A DNA stretch of 64,000 nt from contig CAZPHQ010000012.1 in assembly GCA_964586675.1 (NCBI GenBank), positions 436 to 64,435 on the forward strand, given 5' to 3'. The notes under the pieces were generated by a model, which saw nothing but the letters and a program-made list of their open reading frames with translations, was not told where the DNA came from and made no database searches. Numbering within the stretch: position 1 is the first letter of the stretch; every line of letters begins with the position of its first letter. Shown piece after piece: positions 18,950 through 28,513 of this stretch. A program made the translations under genes and the position numbers. The DNA is from an uncultured Spirochaetia bacterium. Its GTDB lineage: Bacteria; Desulfobacterota_D; UBA1144; Nemesobacterales; UBA2774.

Positions 18950-20074
18950 ATGAGAATTAGATTTTTATCTCTTGCAATACTATCTATTACATTCCTGATA
19001 GTAAGCACGGCTGCCTATGCGCAGCAGATTTCGAAGGAGGAGACGGCAAGGCTCCAGGAGTTCTTTAAGAACAGGTTCGGTGTCAATATCCCTTCGGACA
19101 GCAAAGTTGAAATACAGGGCTTCGAAAAGAGCCCGGTGGGCGATCTCAAGTCGGGCAAGTTCGTTATCAGCTCGGTTGCGGGCTCGCAGGAAGTTCCTTT
19201 CGTCATAACCGCCGATGGCAAGTATATACTCATGGGGAACATCGTCGATACCAAGAAATTCGAAGCCACCCCGATTAAGGGCATCAAGAAGGGCGCTGTT
19301 CCGATTCCTAGGGGCGAGTTTCCGCTTCTAATGAGCGACGACGGCAAATACCTCATAATCAACAGCGAGATCGTCGATACGGGAACTTTCAAGGAATCCG
19401 CCATGAAGGGCTTCAAGGGCGGATCGTTCGTGATGGGCGGCTCACAGCAGGTGCCCATTTACATCAGCGATAACGGACAGTACCTCGTTCTCGGCACCGA
19501 GCTGATGGACACCACCATCGACCCGCACCAGGAGATAATGGAAAAGATCGTGCTTGAAGACGTGCCCTTCAAAGGAAACAAGGACGCCGAGGTAGTCGTC
19601 GTCGAATATTCGGACTTCCAGTGCCCGTTCTGCAAGAGGGGCAAGGACATGCTGCCGGAAATACTCAAGGCGTATGACGGCAAGATAAAGTTCTCCTTCA
19701 AGCAGCTCCCGCTAAGGAACCACAACTGGGCCATGCCGGCGGCCATAGCTTCCGTATGCGCCTACAAGCAGGGTAACGACAAGTTCTGGGCGATGCACGA
19801 CAAGCTCTTCGACAACCAGAAGCAGATAACCCTCGAAAACTCCGAGAAGACATTCAACGGGTACGCGAAAGAGATCGGGCTCGATACCAAGAAGTTCGAT
19901 GCCTGCATAGCTTCGCCGGAAGTGAAGGCGCGGGTCGAGAAGGACGTCGCCGAGGCGACTTCCATAGGTGTTCAGTCGACGCCGACGTTCGTCGTTAACG
20001 GAATGATAGTTCCGGGCGCTAATCCCGAAGGCCTTAAATCCGCGATCGACATAAAGCTTTCTCAGGGTTCGTAA
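18950..20074 (+). CDS. Exported DsbA/Com1-like thiol-disulfide oxidoreductase with three tandem N-terminal repeats
   Basis: Signal peptide; EYSDFQCPFC; GVQSTPTF (cis-Pro); three repeats ending D/N-G-K/Q-Y...DT. Confidence 0.88.
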   Translation: MRIRFLSLAILSITFLIVSTAAYAQQISKEETARLQEFFKNRFGVNIPSDSKVEIQGFEKSPVGDLKSGKFVISSVAGSQEVPFVITADGKYILMGNIVDTKKFEATPIKGIKKGAVPIPRGEFPLLMSDDGKYLIINSEIVDTGTFKESAMKGFKGGSFVMGGSQQVPIYISDNGQYLVLGTELMDTTIDPHQEIMEKIVLEDVPFKGNKDAEVVVVEYSDFQCPFCKRGKDMLPEILKAYDGKIKFSFKQLPLRNHNWAMPAAIASVCAYKQGNDKFWAMHDKLFDNQKQITLENSEKTFNGYAKEIGLDTKKFDACIASPEVKARVEKDVAEATSIGVQSTPTFVVNGMIVPGANPEGLKSAIDIKLSQGS

Positions 20075-20097
20075 GCATAAAATTCTGACTACAGAGC

Positions 20098-20139
20098 TGC
20101 GCCCTATCCCGACCGGGGTAGGGCGCATTTTTTATTTTT
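20098..20139 (+). terminator. Rho-independent terminator
   Basis: TGCGCCCTATCCC-gacc-GGGGTAGGGCGCA followed by TTTTTTATTTTT. Confidence 0.85.
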
Positions 20140-20178
20140 AGCGTATCTCCTTTATAATACTTCTTCCGGCAGACAGAA

Positions 20179-21063
20179 ATGAAGTGCCCTACTTGCGGAT
20201 ACAACAGCTTCGATCATCTGGACACCTGCAAGAAGTGCGGCTCCGAACTGAGGGGCGACCACAGAATAAGCCCCCCGATCCGTGGCGGCGACGAAGACGG
20301 GCATGAACCGCTCCGGAAATCCCCGCCTGAAGCCCGGCCCGAAAAGCGCTCTATCGCCGACGAGCTTCTGAGCATCCCCATAAACGACAGCCCGGTTTCT
20401 CGCGAACGCGATGCGGACGAGGGCCCTCCCGACTTCCGGCGTAAAGGGCCGAGGGAGCAGCTCGATCTGTTCCGTGAATCGGAAGACAGAGAAGAGCTCT
20501 CTAATAAATCGGCAGGGGGAGAGTCGGACCTCTTATCGGAAGAAGGCAGTCCTGAAGACTGGCTTCCGAAGAACGCGGACAGAGAGGATGAACACGGGGA
20601 CCCCTTCACGGAAGAAGAGACTTACGCGGAGCCAGAGAGACAGTATAGCGAGCCGGGGACCGAGGTATTTAACCTTGCGGGTTTTTTCCCGCGCGCGGCG
20701 GCGTTTATTGTCGATACGGTTATAGTCGCGGCTGTCGCTTACGCCACGCTTAAAATCGGCCTCTTCGCGGCGGGCGGCGGATCTCATACAGAGTATCTCT
20801 ATCCGGCTCTTTTCGTTCTCGCCTCGACCTATTTCATATTCCTTCACGCGCTCAGCGGGAGGACGATAGGGAAAATGCTGATGAAGATACGGGTGATAAA
20901 CAGCGAAGGTGAAGACGTAGGGGTATGGGATTCATTTATAAGATGGGTCGGTTATTTTATCTCGGCCGTGGTGATGCTCGCGGGCTTTTTCTGGGCGGCA
21001 TTCGATTCGGAAGGCCAGGCGTGGCACGACAAGATGGCCGGCACGTATGTTGTAAAGGATTAA
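20179..21063 (+). CDS. RDD family membrane protein with N-terminal zinc ribbon and acidic linker
   Basis: CPTC...CKKC; AGFFPRAAAFIVD, TIGKMLMKIRV, QAWHDKMAGT. Confidence 0.88.
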   Translation: MKCPTCGYNSFDHLDTCKKCGSELRGDHRISPPIRGGDEDGHEPLRKSPPEARPEKRSIADELLSIPINDSPVSRERDADEGPPDFRRKGPREQLDLFRESEDREELSNKSAGGESDLLSEEGSPEDWLPKNADREDEHGDPFTEEETYAEPERQYSEPGTEVFNLAGFFPRAAAFIVDTVIVAAVAYATLKIGLFAAGGGSHTEYLYPALFVLASTYFIFLHALSGRTIGKMLMKIRVINSEGEDVGVWDSFIRWVGYFISAVVMLAGFFWAAFDSEGQAWHDKMAGTYVVKD

Positions 21064-21071
21064 TATCTTAA

Positions 21072-22343
21072 ATGAAAAAACTAAAGGAAATTAACGCGAA
21101 AATATCTGAAAACCGGGGGAAGCTTGAATCCTGGGCCCTGGGGAAGGCGGAAAAGGAGTTCGTTCCGCTCTATTCCTCTGTCGACCTCCGAATATCGGAT
21201 CACAAGATAGCACCTGTCGATACGAACATATTCCCCGCGGGGTTCAACAACCTCTCAGAGGAATCGAGGGACAGGGCATCTCAGCTGTTCAAGGCCTACT
21301 TCAAACAAAAACACCCGAACGTAAAAAACATAACAATCATTCCAGAGCTGCACACGAGGAATCCCTTCTACTGGGAAAACGTTTCCGTGCTGAGGTCCAT
21401 AATCACGAAGATCGGCTACTCCGTCGACATAGGTATCGTGAGCGACGACTTCACACAGGACAGCGCGACATTCAAGGCGCAGGGCGGGGAAGACGTCGTC
21501 GCGTATAAAGTGAAAAAGGAAGACCACAGGGTCTTCACCTCGAACTCTGTCCCCGACCTTCTCCTGATAAACAACGATTTTTCCGAGAAGTGTCCCAAAT
21601 CTCTCAACGACATAATTCAGCCTGTGGAGCCGCCCGTCGAGATCGGCTGGCACACCAGGCGGAAGAGCGTTCACTTCGAGTTCTACAACATGCTCGCGCG
21701 CGAGGCGGCGGAGATTATCGGCATGGACCCGTGGATCATTACCGTCGAGACCGGGCCCGTCGAGGGGGTCGATTTCGACGACCCGGCCGACCGCGAAAGG
21801 GTCGCCTCCGTAGCCGGCGAAATGCTCGGAGGCCTCGAAAAGGAATATAAGGCGCGGGGCGTGAGCGACAAGCCCTACCTCTTCCTCAAGAGTAACTCGG
21901 GCACGTACGGCATGGCCGTTATAAGCGTATCCGGTCCCGAAGAGATAAGGAGCCTTAACGCCGAGGGCAGAAAGCGCATGCGCGTGAGCAAGGGCGGAAA
22001 GCCTGTCCGCGATATAGTCATACAGGAGGGCATACCGACTACGCTCGTCCACGGCGCGGACGCCGCCGAGCCCGTCTTTTACCTCGTCAATGCAAAGGTC
22101 GCCGGAGGGTTCCTCCGGATAAACAGCGGCAAGAGCGGCCTCGAGAATCTTAACACGCGCGGCATGGAGTTCGCCCCGCTCTACTACCAGGGGGCGCCTG
22201 TCGAGCCGGGGTCGGAATGCGTGATATGCTCCCCCGCGCACGAGCTCGTCTCCTGCATAGCCAGCATAGCAGCCGGTTACGAAATAGAGGAAATACTCAG
22301 GGAGGGCGGATGCAAGGAAGACGAAACCGGGGCGCGCGCCTGA
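21072..22343 (+). CDS. gshA: Glutamate--cysteine ligase, GshA (Acidithiobacillus/betaproteobacterial type)
   Basis: YSSVDLR, APVDTNIFPAGFNNL, PELHTRN, LLINND, GTYGMAV, QEGIPT, NLNTRGMEF. Confidence 0.85.
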   Translation: MKKLKEINAKISENRGKLESWALGKAEKEFVPLYSSVDLRISDHKIAPVDTNIFPAGFNNLSEESRDRASQLFKAYFKQKHPNVKNITIIPELHTRNPFYWENVSVLRSIITKIGYSVDIGIVSDDFTQDSATFKAQGGEDVVAYKVKKEDHRVFTSNSVPDLLLINNDFSEKCPKSLNDIIQPVEPPVEIGWHTRRKSVHFEFYNMLAREAAEIIGMDPWIITVETGPVEGVDFDDPADRERVASVAGEMLGGLEKEYKARGVSDKPYLFLKSNSGTYGMAVISVSGPEEIRSLNAEGRKRMRVSKGGKPVRDIVIQEGIPTTLVHGADAAEPVFYLVNAKVAGGFLRINSGKSGLENLNTRGMEFAPLYYQGAPVEPGSECVICSPAHELVSCIASIAAGYEIEEILREGGCKEDETGARA

Positions 22344-22394
22344 TGTAATTTTCCGGGCGGCGTAACAGGGGCCTGAAAGCCTCGGCTCCTGTTT

Positions 22395-23747
22395 TCACTT
22401 TTTCGCCAGATTCAGGGTCCTTCTCAGAAGCACTGTATATATCGGCTTCCCGCCGAGCCCTTCGGCTACGACGGTTGCCGTGAGGCATGTGATTATGAGC
22501 GGAAGTATGAGGAAATAATTCCCCGTCATCTCAATCGTAAGCGCGATGCCTGTGAGCGGGGCCCTGACAGTAGCGCAGAAGAGGGCCGCCATGCCGGCCA
22601 CGGCGAACAGCTCGGGCTTTATCCCAAACTCCGGGACGAATACTCCCGCATAATGCCCGAACCACATCCCGAAGAGGGTCCCGAGCGCCAGCATCGGGGC
22701 GAAGATACCCCCTGGCGCGCCCGAGCCGTAGCTTATCATTGTTGTTCCAAACCTTGCCGCGAACAATATCAACAGCATCATGACGGGAAAGCTCCCCGAG
22801 ATGGCCTCGGGTATGATCTCATATCCCCCGCCTATAGTGTCGGGGAAAAACCATGCGAGAAGACCTATCAATCCGCCCACGAGAAGGCCCGTCAGAGAAA
22901 AGAGATAACCCTTCAGGTTCGCGAAAAAATCGAGCGTTTTAACGAGAAGGAAATTGAAGAGGACGCCAAATACGCCGAACAGAATTCCGAATACGAGGAA
23001 GAGCCAGAGGGACGAGAGGGCGGGGGCGGGGAGCATTATCATAGGGATGTCGGGCTGCTGGCCCATTATCGCGCGGAGAGCGATGTCGGAAGCGGCTGAC
23101 GCCACGAGCACGGCCTGAACCGAGAGGAAGTTGTATTTGAACTCGGGGCGCATCTCCTCGAATACGAACAGGATGCCCGCAAGGGGAGCGTTGAACGCAG
23201 CCGTCAATCCCCCTCCGGCGCCCGCGGCTATGAGCGCGTGGGCGTCGTCCTTCGACACTTTAAAGAGGTCGGCTACCATCTTGCCGACGTTCCCGCCCAT
23301 CTGTATCGTCGGCCCCTCGCGGCCGAGCACCATCCCGCCGCCGAGTGACAAAAGTCCGCCGAAGAATTTTACGGGGAGGACGGCCTTCCATCTTATCGGC
23401 CTCACGTCGTCGAGCGCACCCTCTATTTCGTGAACGCCGCTTCCGCCCGTTTCGGGCGCAGCCTTTCTTACGAGCAGAAACGCGAGGAATACGAGGACGG
23501 CGGAAAACAATACGGAGGCGATGACGAGTATATAGGACGTTTGCGGGAGGCTGTCCATGAGCACCTGTCTTAACCCGCTGACTTTTTCTATGGAGATCTG
23601 AAACAGCGCGCCGAGGGTGCCTGTAAGGACGCCGGCTATCGCCGCCCAGAGGAGGAGCGGCGTGCTTTTCTTCTCGGCCGCGAGGAATCTTTGGAGAACC
23701 TTTTCCAGCCCTGGGCCGCCGGTCTTCCGCTCAGAGTGAATATCCAT
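22395..23747 (-). CDS. clcA: H+/Cl- exchange transporter
   Basis: GGSGVHE, LGREGPTIQMG, AAFNAPLAG, GGIFAP, PIY. Confidence 0.93.
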   Translation of the reverse strand: MDIHSERKTGGPGLEKVLQRFLAAEKKSTPLLLWAAIAGVLTGTLGALFQISIEKVSGLRQVLMDSLPQTSYILVIASVLFSAVLVFLAFLLVRKAAPETGGSGVHEIEGALDDVRPIRWKAVLPVKFFGGLLSLGGGMVLGREGPTIQMGGNVGKMVADLFKVSKDDAHALIAAGAGGGLTAAFNAPLAGILFVFEEMRPEFKYNFLSVQAVLVASAASDIALRAIMGQQPDIPMIMLPAPALSSLWLFLVFGILFGVFGVLFNFLLVKTLDFFANLKGYLFSLTGLLVGGLIGLLAWFFPDTIGGGYEIIPEAISGSFPVMMLLILFAARFGTTMISYGSGAPGGIFAPMLALGTLFGMWFGHYAGVFVPEFGIKPELFAVAGMAALFCATVRAPLTGIALTIEMTGNYFLILPLIITCLTATVVAEGLGGKPIYTVLLRRTLNLAKK

Positions 23748-23821
23748 CCATTCCTCCGGGGTTGAAACAATAAAATATAATCCGGTATTCCCGCCGGCGA
23801 CGAATCCGGGCCGGAGCTAAC

Positions 23822-24250
23822 CTACCAGGCCGTAACATCGCGGTACGAGATTATCTTTGAAGGGGTTATTCTGACGAGCATCTCGCCCTCCCCGGAATTT
23901 CTCTTCCCGTAAGCTTCGGCCTCTGCCTCTCCCATATACCTTCCCGCTATCCGCACCGCCCAGTGGTAGAGCTCTCCCGGGTCTTCGGACAGCTCGGCTG
24001 TGCCCTCTATCATAACGAAAGAGTAGGGCGGGGCCTGGTCGTCGACGGCCAGGGAGACCCTTGGGTCCCTTTTCAGATTCTTTCCCTTGACGGTTTCGGC
24101 CCCGGTCGTGAAAACGAGACTGTCGCCGTCCAATTCATACCACACGGGTACGACGTGGGGTGAGCCGTCTTTCCTTACAGTCGCGAGCTTGCCGGTTTTC
24201 GTCCCCTCCAGCAGGAATTTCCTTCGTTCGGCATCAGTCATTTCAGGCAT
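23822..24250 (-). CDS. PPOX-class (putatively F420-dependent) oxidoreductase
   Basis: LATVRKDGSPHVVPVW, KGKNLKRDPRVSL. Confidence 0.85.
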   Translation of the reverse strand: MPEMTDAERRKFLLEGTKTGKLATVRKDGSPHVVPVWYELDGDSLVFTTGAETVKGKNLKRDPRVSLAVDDQAPPYSFVMIEGTAELSEDPGELYHWAVRIAGRYMGEAEAEAYGKRNSGEGEMLVRITPSKIISYRDVTAW

Positions 24251-24292
24251 GGGAGTCTCCCACCCGGCTTGACCGGGATTAGTTCGAATGTG

Positions 24293-25690
24293 CTACCCTT
24301 CTTTTTTCCAGGAAGATATATCCTGTTTTGCCGTCTCTATCATTTTGAGGACGTTCTCGCCGGCAGTGCCGCCGTAGGACTTTCTGTTCCCGACGGACCC
24401 ATCGAGCGTGATATAATCGAAGAGGTCCTCGTCGAATATTTTGGAGAACATCTTGTACTCGGAGATGTGAAGGTTAAGAAGCTCCCTCCCTTTTTCCTCG
24501 GCGTAACCGACTATCTTCCCTGTCACCTCGTGGGCCTGCCTGAACGGCATCCCCTTTCGCGTGAGATAGTCCGCGATGTCTGTCGCCGTGATGAACCCCT
24601 CGCCGAGCGCCTTAGCCATGCTGTCCTTTTTGAACTCTATCGCGTGCAGCATTTCGTGAAACACGGCGAGGCACGACTTCACGGTGTCGGCAGCGTCGAA
24701 CATCGGTTCTTTATCTTCCTGCATGTCCCTGTTGTAGGAGAAGGGGAGGCCTTTCATTATCGTCAGGATCGCCATCAGGTCGCCATATACTCGGCCTGTT
24801 TTTCCGCGTATGAGCTCGGCCATGTCGGGGTTTCTCTTCTGCGGCATTATGCTGGAGCCGGTCGTGAACTCGTCGCCCAAGTCCACAAAGCCGAACTCCT
24901 TCGTCGACCAAAGAACGAGCTCCTCCGAAATCCTGCTCAAATGCGTCATAAGGTTTGCCGAAACCGATATGAACTCTATTATGAAGTCCCTGTCACTCAC
25001 CGTATCGATGCTGTTTCGCGTTACCTTCGGGAATCCGAGCAGCGAGGCCGTTTGCTGCCTGTCTATCGGGAATGTCGTCCCCGCCCCCGCGCCGGCGCCG
25101 AGCGGCATCACGTTCACCCTTCCGAAGCAGTCTATGTATCTCTCCATGTCGCGCTTGAGCATCTCGAACAGTGCGAGGAGGTGATGTGAAAGTAGAACCG
25201 GCTGCCCCCTCTGCATGTGGGTATAAAGCGGGAGTATCGCGCCGAAGTTCTTTTCCGCGAGGTCGACGAGCCGTTCCGAGACGAGCTCCAGGAGCTCTAT
25301 TATCTCGCTTATTTCCCTTCTGAGGTAGAGCCTCATGTCGAGGGCGATCTGGTCGTTCCGGCTCCTGCCGGTATGAATTTTTCCGCCGACCTCGCCTATT
25401 TTTTCGATGAGCCTCTTTTCGATGTTGAGGTGGATGTCTTCGTACTCTTCCCTGAACGGGAACTTCCCGCTCTCGATCTCCTTTTCGATCTGGCGGAGCC
25501 CCTTTATTATCTTCTCGGCCTCGTTCTTGGGTATGATGCCGTTTTCGGCCATCATGCCGGCGTGCGCGATGCTCCCTTCGATGTCTTCCCTGTAGAGCCT
25601 CTTGTCGAAGTCTATCGACGCAGAGAATTTCTCGGCCACCTTGTGTGTGCCTTTCTTGAACCTTCCGGCCCATGGTTTCTTGTTGATCAC
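24293..25690 (-). CDS. argH: Argininosuccinate lyase
   Basis: WAGRF, EDIH, HTGRSRNDQ, GSSIMPQKRNPD, YNRDMQEDKE. Confidence 0.98.
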   Translation of the reverse strand: MINKKPWAGRFKKGTHKVAEKFSASIDFDKRLYREDIEGSIAHAGMMAENGIIPKNEAEKIIKGLRQIEKEIESGKFPFREEYEDIHLNIEKRLIEKIGEVGGKIHTGRSRNDQIALDMRLYLRREISEIIELLELVSERLVDLAEKNFGAILPLYTHMQRGQPVLLSHHLLALFEMLKRDMERYIDCFGRVNVMPLGAGAGAGTTFPIDRQQTASLLGFPKVTRNSIDTVSDRDFIIEFISVSANLMTHLSRISEELVLWSTKEFGFVDLGDEFTTGSSIMPQKRNPDMAELIRGKTGRVYGDLMAILTIMKGLPFSYNRDMQEDKEPMFDAADTVKSCLAVFHEMLHAIEFKKDSMAKALGEGFITATDIADYLTRKGMPFRQAHEVTGKIVGYAEEKGRELLNLHISEYKMFSKIFDEDLFDYITLDGSVGNRKSYGGTAGENVLKMIETAKQDISSWKKEG

Positions 25691-25866
25691 GCTCGGCCTC
25701 CGCTTTAAGCCTTTATATTACCGTGATTTTAACGGCCTTAGAATATCGGGATGGTGAAACCTTCCTTGACGGTTCTACGCAGTTCGAATCTCCCTCGGCA
25801 GTAAATGTATAATAACATTATGATCGTTCAAAAATCTGAGTGTATTATGACCGCCCGGGAGACGAC

Positions 25867-26379
25867 ATGGACGTATTCGAATGTGTGAGAACCCTGAGCT
25901 CGATCAGGAGCTATATAGCCGGAGAAGTCCCCGACGAAATAATCGCGGAGGTGATGGAGGCGGGAAGGCTCGCTCCGAGCGCCCGAAACGAGCAGCCGTG
26001 GGAGTTTATACTCGTCACCGACCCCGACATCCTGGAAGCGCTCGAAAAATACTGCACAAGCGGAAGGTTCGTATCCGAGGCGGCGTTTGCGGTCGTCGTA
26101 CTGACCGACCCTTCGAACAAATGGCACGAGATAGACACGACACGCGCGGTGCAGAACATGGTGCTCACGGCATGGGGGCGGAAGCTCGGCTCCTGCTGGA
26201 TTGGGATGATAGATAAAAAGGGCCTTGCGGATTATCTCGGCATTCCGAAGTCCCTTAACATACTGACCGTACTCCCCTTCGGATACTTCGACGAAAGGCT
26301 CGCCGGCCACGAGAAGAACCGGAAGCTCCCGAGAGAAGTTTTTCACCTGAACAGGTTCGGCGTAAGGCCGCGGGGGTAG
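25867..26379 (+). CDS. Nitroreductase family protein
   Basis: SIRSY, APSARNEQPWEF, NMVLTAW..LGSCWIG; start placed at MDVFE. Confidence 0.88.
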   Translation: MDVFECVRTLSSIRSYIAGEVPDEIIAEVMEAGRLAPSARNEQPWEFILVTDPDILEALEKYCTSGRFVSEAAFAVVVLTDPSNKWHEIDTTRAVQNMVLTAWGRKLGSCWIGMIDKKGLADYLGIPKSLNILTVLPFGYFDERLAGHEKNRKLPREVFHLNRFGVRPRG

Positions 26380-26394
26380 AGTAGTCCACGGCGC

Positions 26395-27471
26395 TCAGGA
26401 GGGCAGAACGGAAGCGGCGTCGAATTCGGCGGCGGCCGTGAAGTCCCTCGTAATCATGGCGATCACGAGGTCCTTCGTGCGCCCCGTGGCGTTAAGCGAC
26501 CCTTCGTGAAAGTGGACCGGCCAGCAGAGGTTGAAAAGAAGGCCGAGCTTGTAGTCCCTCAAAGCATCTTCCTTCGTGTAGCCGCCGACACCGCCTTCCC
26601 CGAGCGCGTCGAGCCACCTGCCGACGGCTTCGTAGTGATACTTTCTCAGCTCGGATACAGGCTCGCTTCCTGCCGTCAATCTGGCGACGTCGAAAGCCCC
26701 CATGCTCTTTATCGCCAGCTGCCAGTCGATTATAACCACCCGGTCGTCGGAGCCGGGGCTTCCGAAGAGGAGGTTGTCGGCCCTGAGGTCGCTGTGGACG
26801 ATAGTCTTCGGGCGCGAGTCTATCTCGCCCGCCAGCCATGGGGCGTGCCTCCCGAGCTTCTCTCCGATGGCGAGCCCGCCGCTCCCGAGGAGCCCTCCGA
26901 AGTGCGCTGTGAAGGACCGCCACTTCTCTTCGTAATCCTGCCACACCGGGTTCTCGTAAGGCATCCAGTCAAATCCGTCAAGCTCAGGGCTGTTCCAGTA
27001 CCTCGCGTGGAGCTTGCCTATCTCCCCGATAATTCCGAGCGCTTCCTCCTCGCTTATTCCCCTGACCTGGTCCCCGGGCCTGAGCGCGCTCATGTCCTCC
27101 ATCGCGAGAGCGTAGGCCGGGGGCTCCATGACGGAGCCGTAGAGGCGCGGGAGCCTCATGGAAACGCCGGGGGCTACGCTCCTGTAGAACATTATCTCTC
27201 TCGTGAAGGCGTGGAGCTCTTCGCCCGCTTCCCTGTAGGATTCCGATTCGGGATCGATCTTAATAACGAGGGACTTCGGCGCTCCGTCTTCTATAACGTC
27301 GTAGGTCAGATCCGCCTTCACCACGCTGCTCATGAATCCCTCGACGCCGCCCAGAGGATGAATTTCGATACCTGTTACGCGGGATTTTCCGATGGAGCCG
27401 CCTTCCCTCAGAATGCTGGTCAGCCATTCGGGGGTTATCTCGTTTACGTGTAGCGGATTCCTTATGCTCAT
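26395..27471 (-). CDS. Small-molecule phosphotransferase (APH/EcKL kinase-like)
   Basis: REIMFY, HSDLRADNLLF (Brenner motif), IIDWQ. Confidence 0.85.
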   Translation of the reverse strand: MSIRNPLHVNEITPEWLTSILREGGSIGKSRVTGIEIHPLGGVEGFMSSVVKADLTYDVIEDGAPKSLVIKIDPESESYREAGEELHAFTREIMFYRSVAPGVSMRLPRLYGSVMEPPAYALAMEDMSALRPGDQVRGISEEEALGIIGEIGKLHARYWNSPELDGFDWMPYENPVWQDYEEKWRSFTAHFGGLLGSGGLAIGEKLGRHAPWLAGEIDSRPKTIVHSDLRADNLLFGSPGSDDRVVIIDWQLAIKSMGAFDVARLTAGSEPVSELRKYHYEAVGRWLDALGEGGVGGYTKEDALRDYKLGLLFNLCWPVHFHEGSLNATGRTKDLVIAMITRDFTAAAEFDAASVLPS

Positions 27472-28412
27472 TTTTTCTTCGCGCCGGTCTCTATCATGCT
27501 ATGCCCCCCGTATATAAAGCCGGAGACGGCTGATCTTTTGCTGTCGCCGCAGTCCTTGAGGACTTTTACGGAGTGCTTCGATTTGAGGACGTTTACCCTG
27601 TGCGCCTCGCCCGTGCTTGTGGACACGAAGTCGACGGCGATCCCGTCCTTGGTTTTCTTCTCGCGCTGCAGTACGAACTCTGAAATCCCGGTCTTTCCCG
27701 TTTCTGTCCGGAGAAAGTATTCCGCCGCCTGCGCCTCACTGCTGTAGCTCGAGCGTCCGCGAAGGCTCCGGAGATCGATCTCGCCGCGCACGTATTTATC
27801 GACTACTTCGTCCAGCTTTTTTCCTTCCCTCACCCTGCCGTAACATATGCCGTGCGGAAGGCAGACGAACGTCGCCGCGAACCTGTGCCCGCCAATGTGA
27901 TTTGTCTGCCATACGTTCCGACCGTGCGGTCCCGCCGCCGCTTCGAGATACACGGGCTTTCCGAATTTCCCGCAGCAGACGTCACGCTCGCCGTTCGTGC
28001 ATACGATTACCAGAGGCTCCCTTCTCTCGTACTTATCTCCCTCAAGAACGGAATCGATATCCAGCGAAAGGAGGTCGTTGTAAGAGCGGAGATTTATTTC
28101 GTAAAGCTTCGCGTCCGTATCGGACGAGCGCGCGATGAAGAGGCTTATTCCTTCCCCGTCACTCCCGTTCCGGCTCACGACCTGAAGGCGTGCGCCCTTC
28201 ACCGACTTCGAAATTTTCTTCAATTTTTCCCTGGCAGCCTTCGGGATGGAGCTGTCTTTGTAAGCGTCGCCCGACCACCTGCCCCTATACTCGATCAATA
28301 TCCAGGCATCCGCCTCGGCCGCGGTGCCGTACATCGGCTCCTCCCCGACAAGCGAATCCAAGGCGCATAAAGTGCCTTTCATTTTATCCTTGCTCAATGC
28401 ACTGCTCCTCAT
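27468..28412 (-). CDS. Sucrase/ferredoxin-like thioredoxin-fold 2Fe-2S protein
   Basis: WILIEY.GRW, CTNGERDVCCG, HIGGHRFA, YGRV. Confidence 0.85.
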   Translation of the reverse strand: MRSSALSKDKMKGTLCALDSLVGEEPMYGTAAEADAWILIEYRGRWSGDAYKDSSIPKAAREKLKKISKSVKGARLQVVSRNGSDGEGISLFIARSSDTDAKLYEINLRSYNDLLSLDIDSVLEGDKYERREPLVIVCTNGERDVCCGKFGKPVYLEAAAGPHGRNVWQTNHIGGHRFAATFVCLPHGICYGRVREGKKLDEVVDKYVRGEIDLRSLRGRSSYSSEAQAAEYFLRTETGKTGISEFVLQREKKTKDGIAVDFVSTSTGEAHRVNVLKSKHSVKVLKDCGDSKRSAVSGFIYGGHSMIETGAKKK

Positions 28413-28513
28413 ACCCTGATTGATTTCATTCCCCGGGCTTATTTACAATATGAGAACAATCGACGATATTTTACAGCATCGCGATGAATATTTAACTGCG
28501 GGCCGGGAATCGC

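Noticed and set aside
25745-25800. GTTCGAATC resembling a tRNA T-loop
   Set aside because: No T-stem, acceptor stem or cloverleaf can be formed
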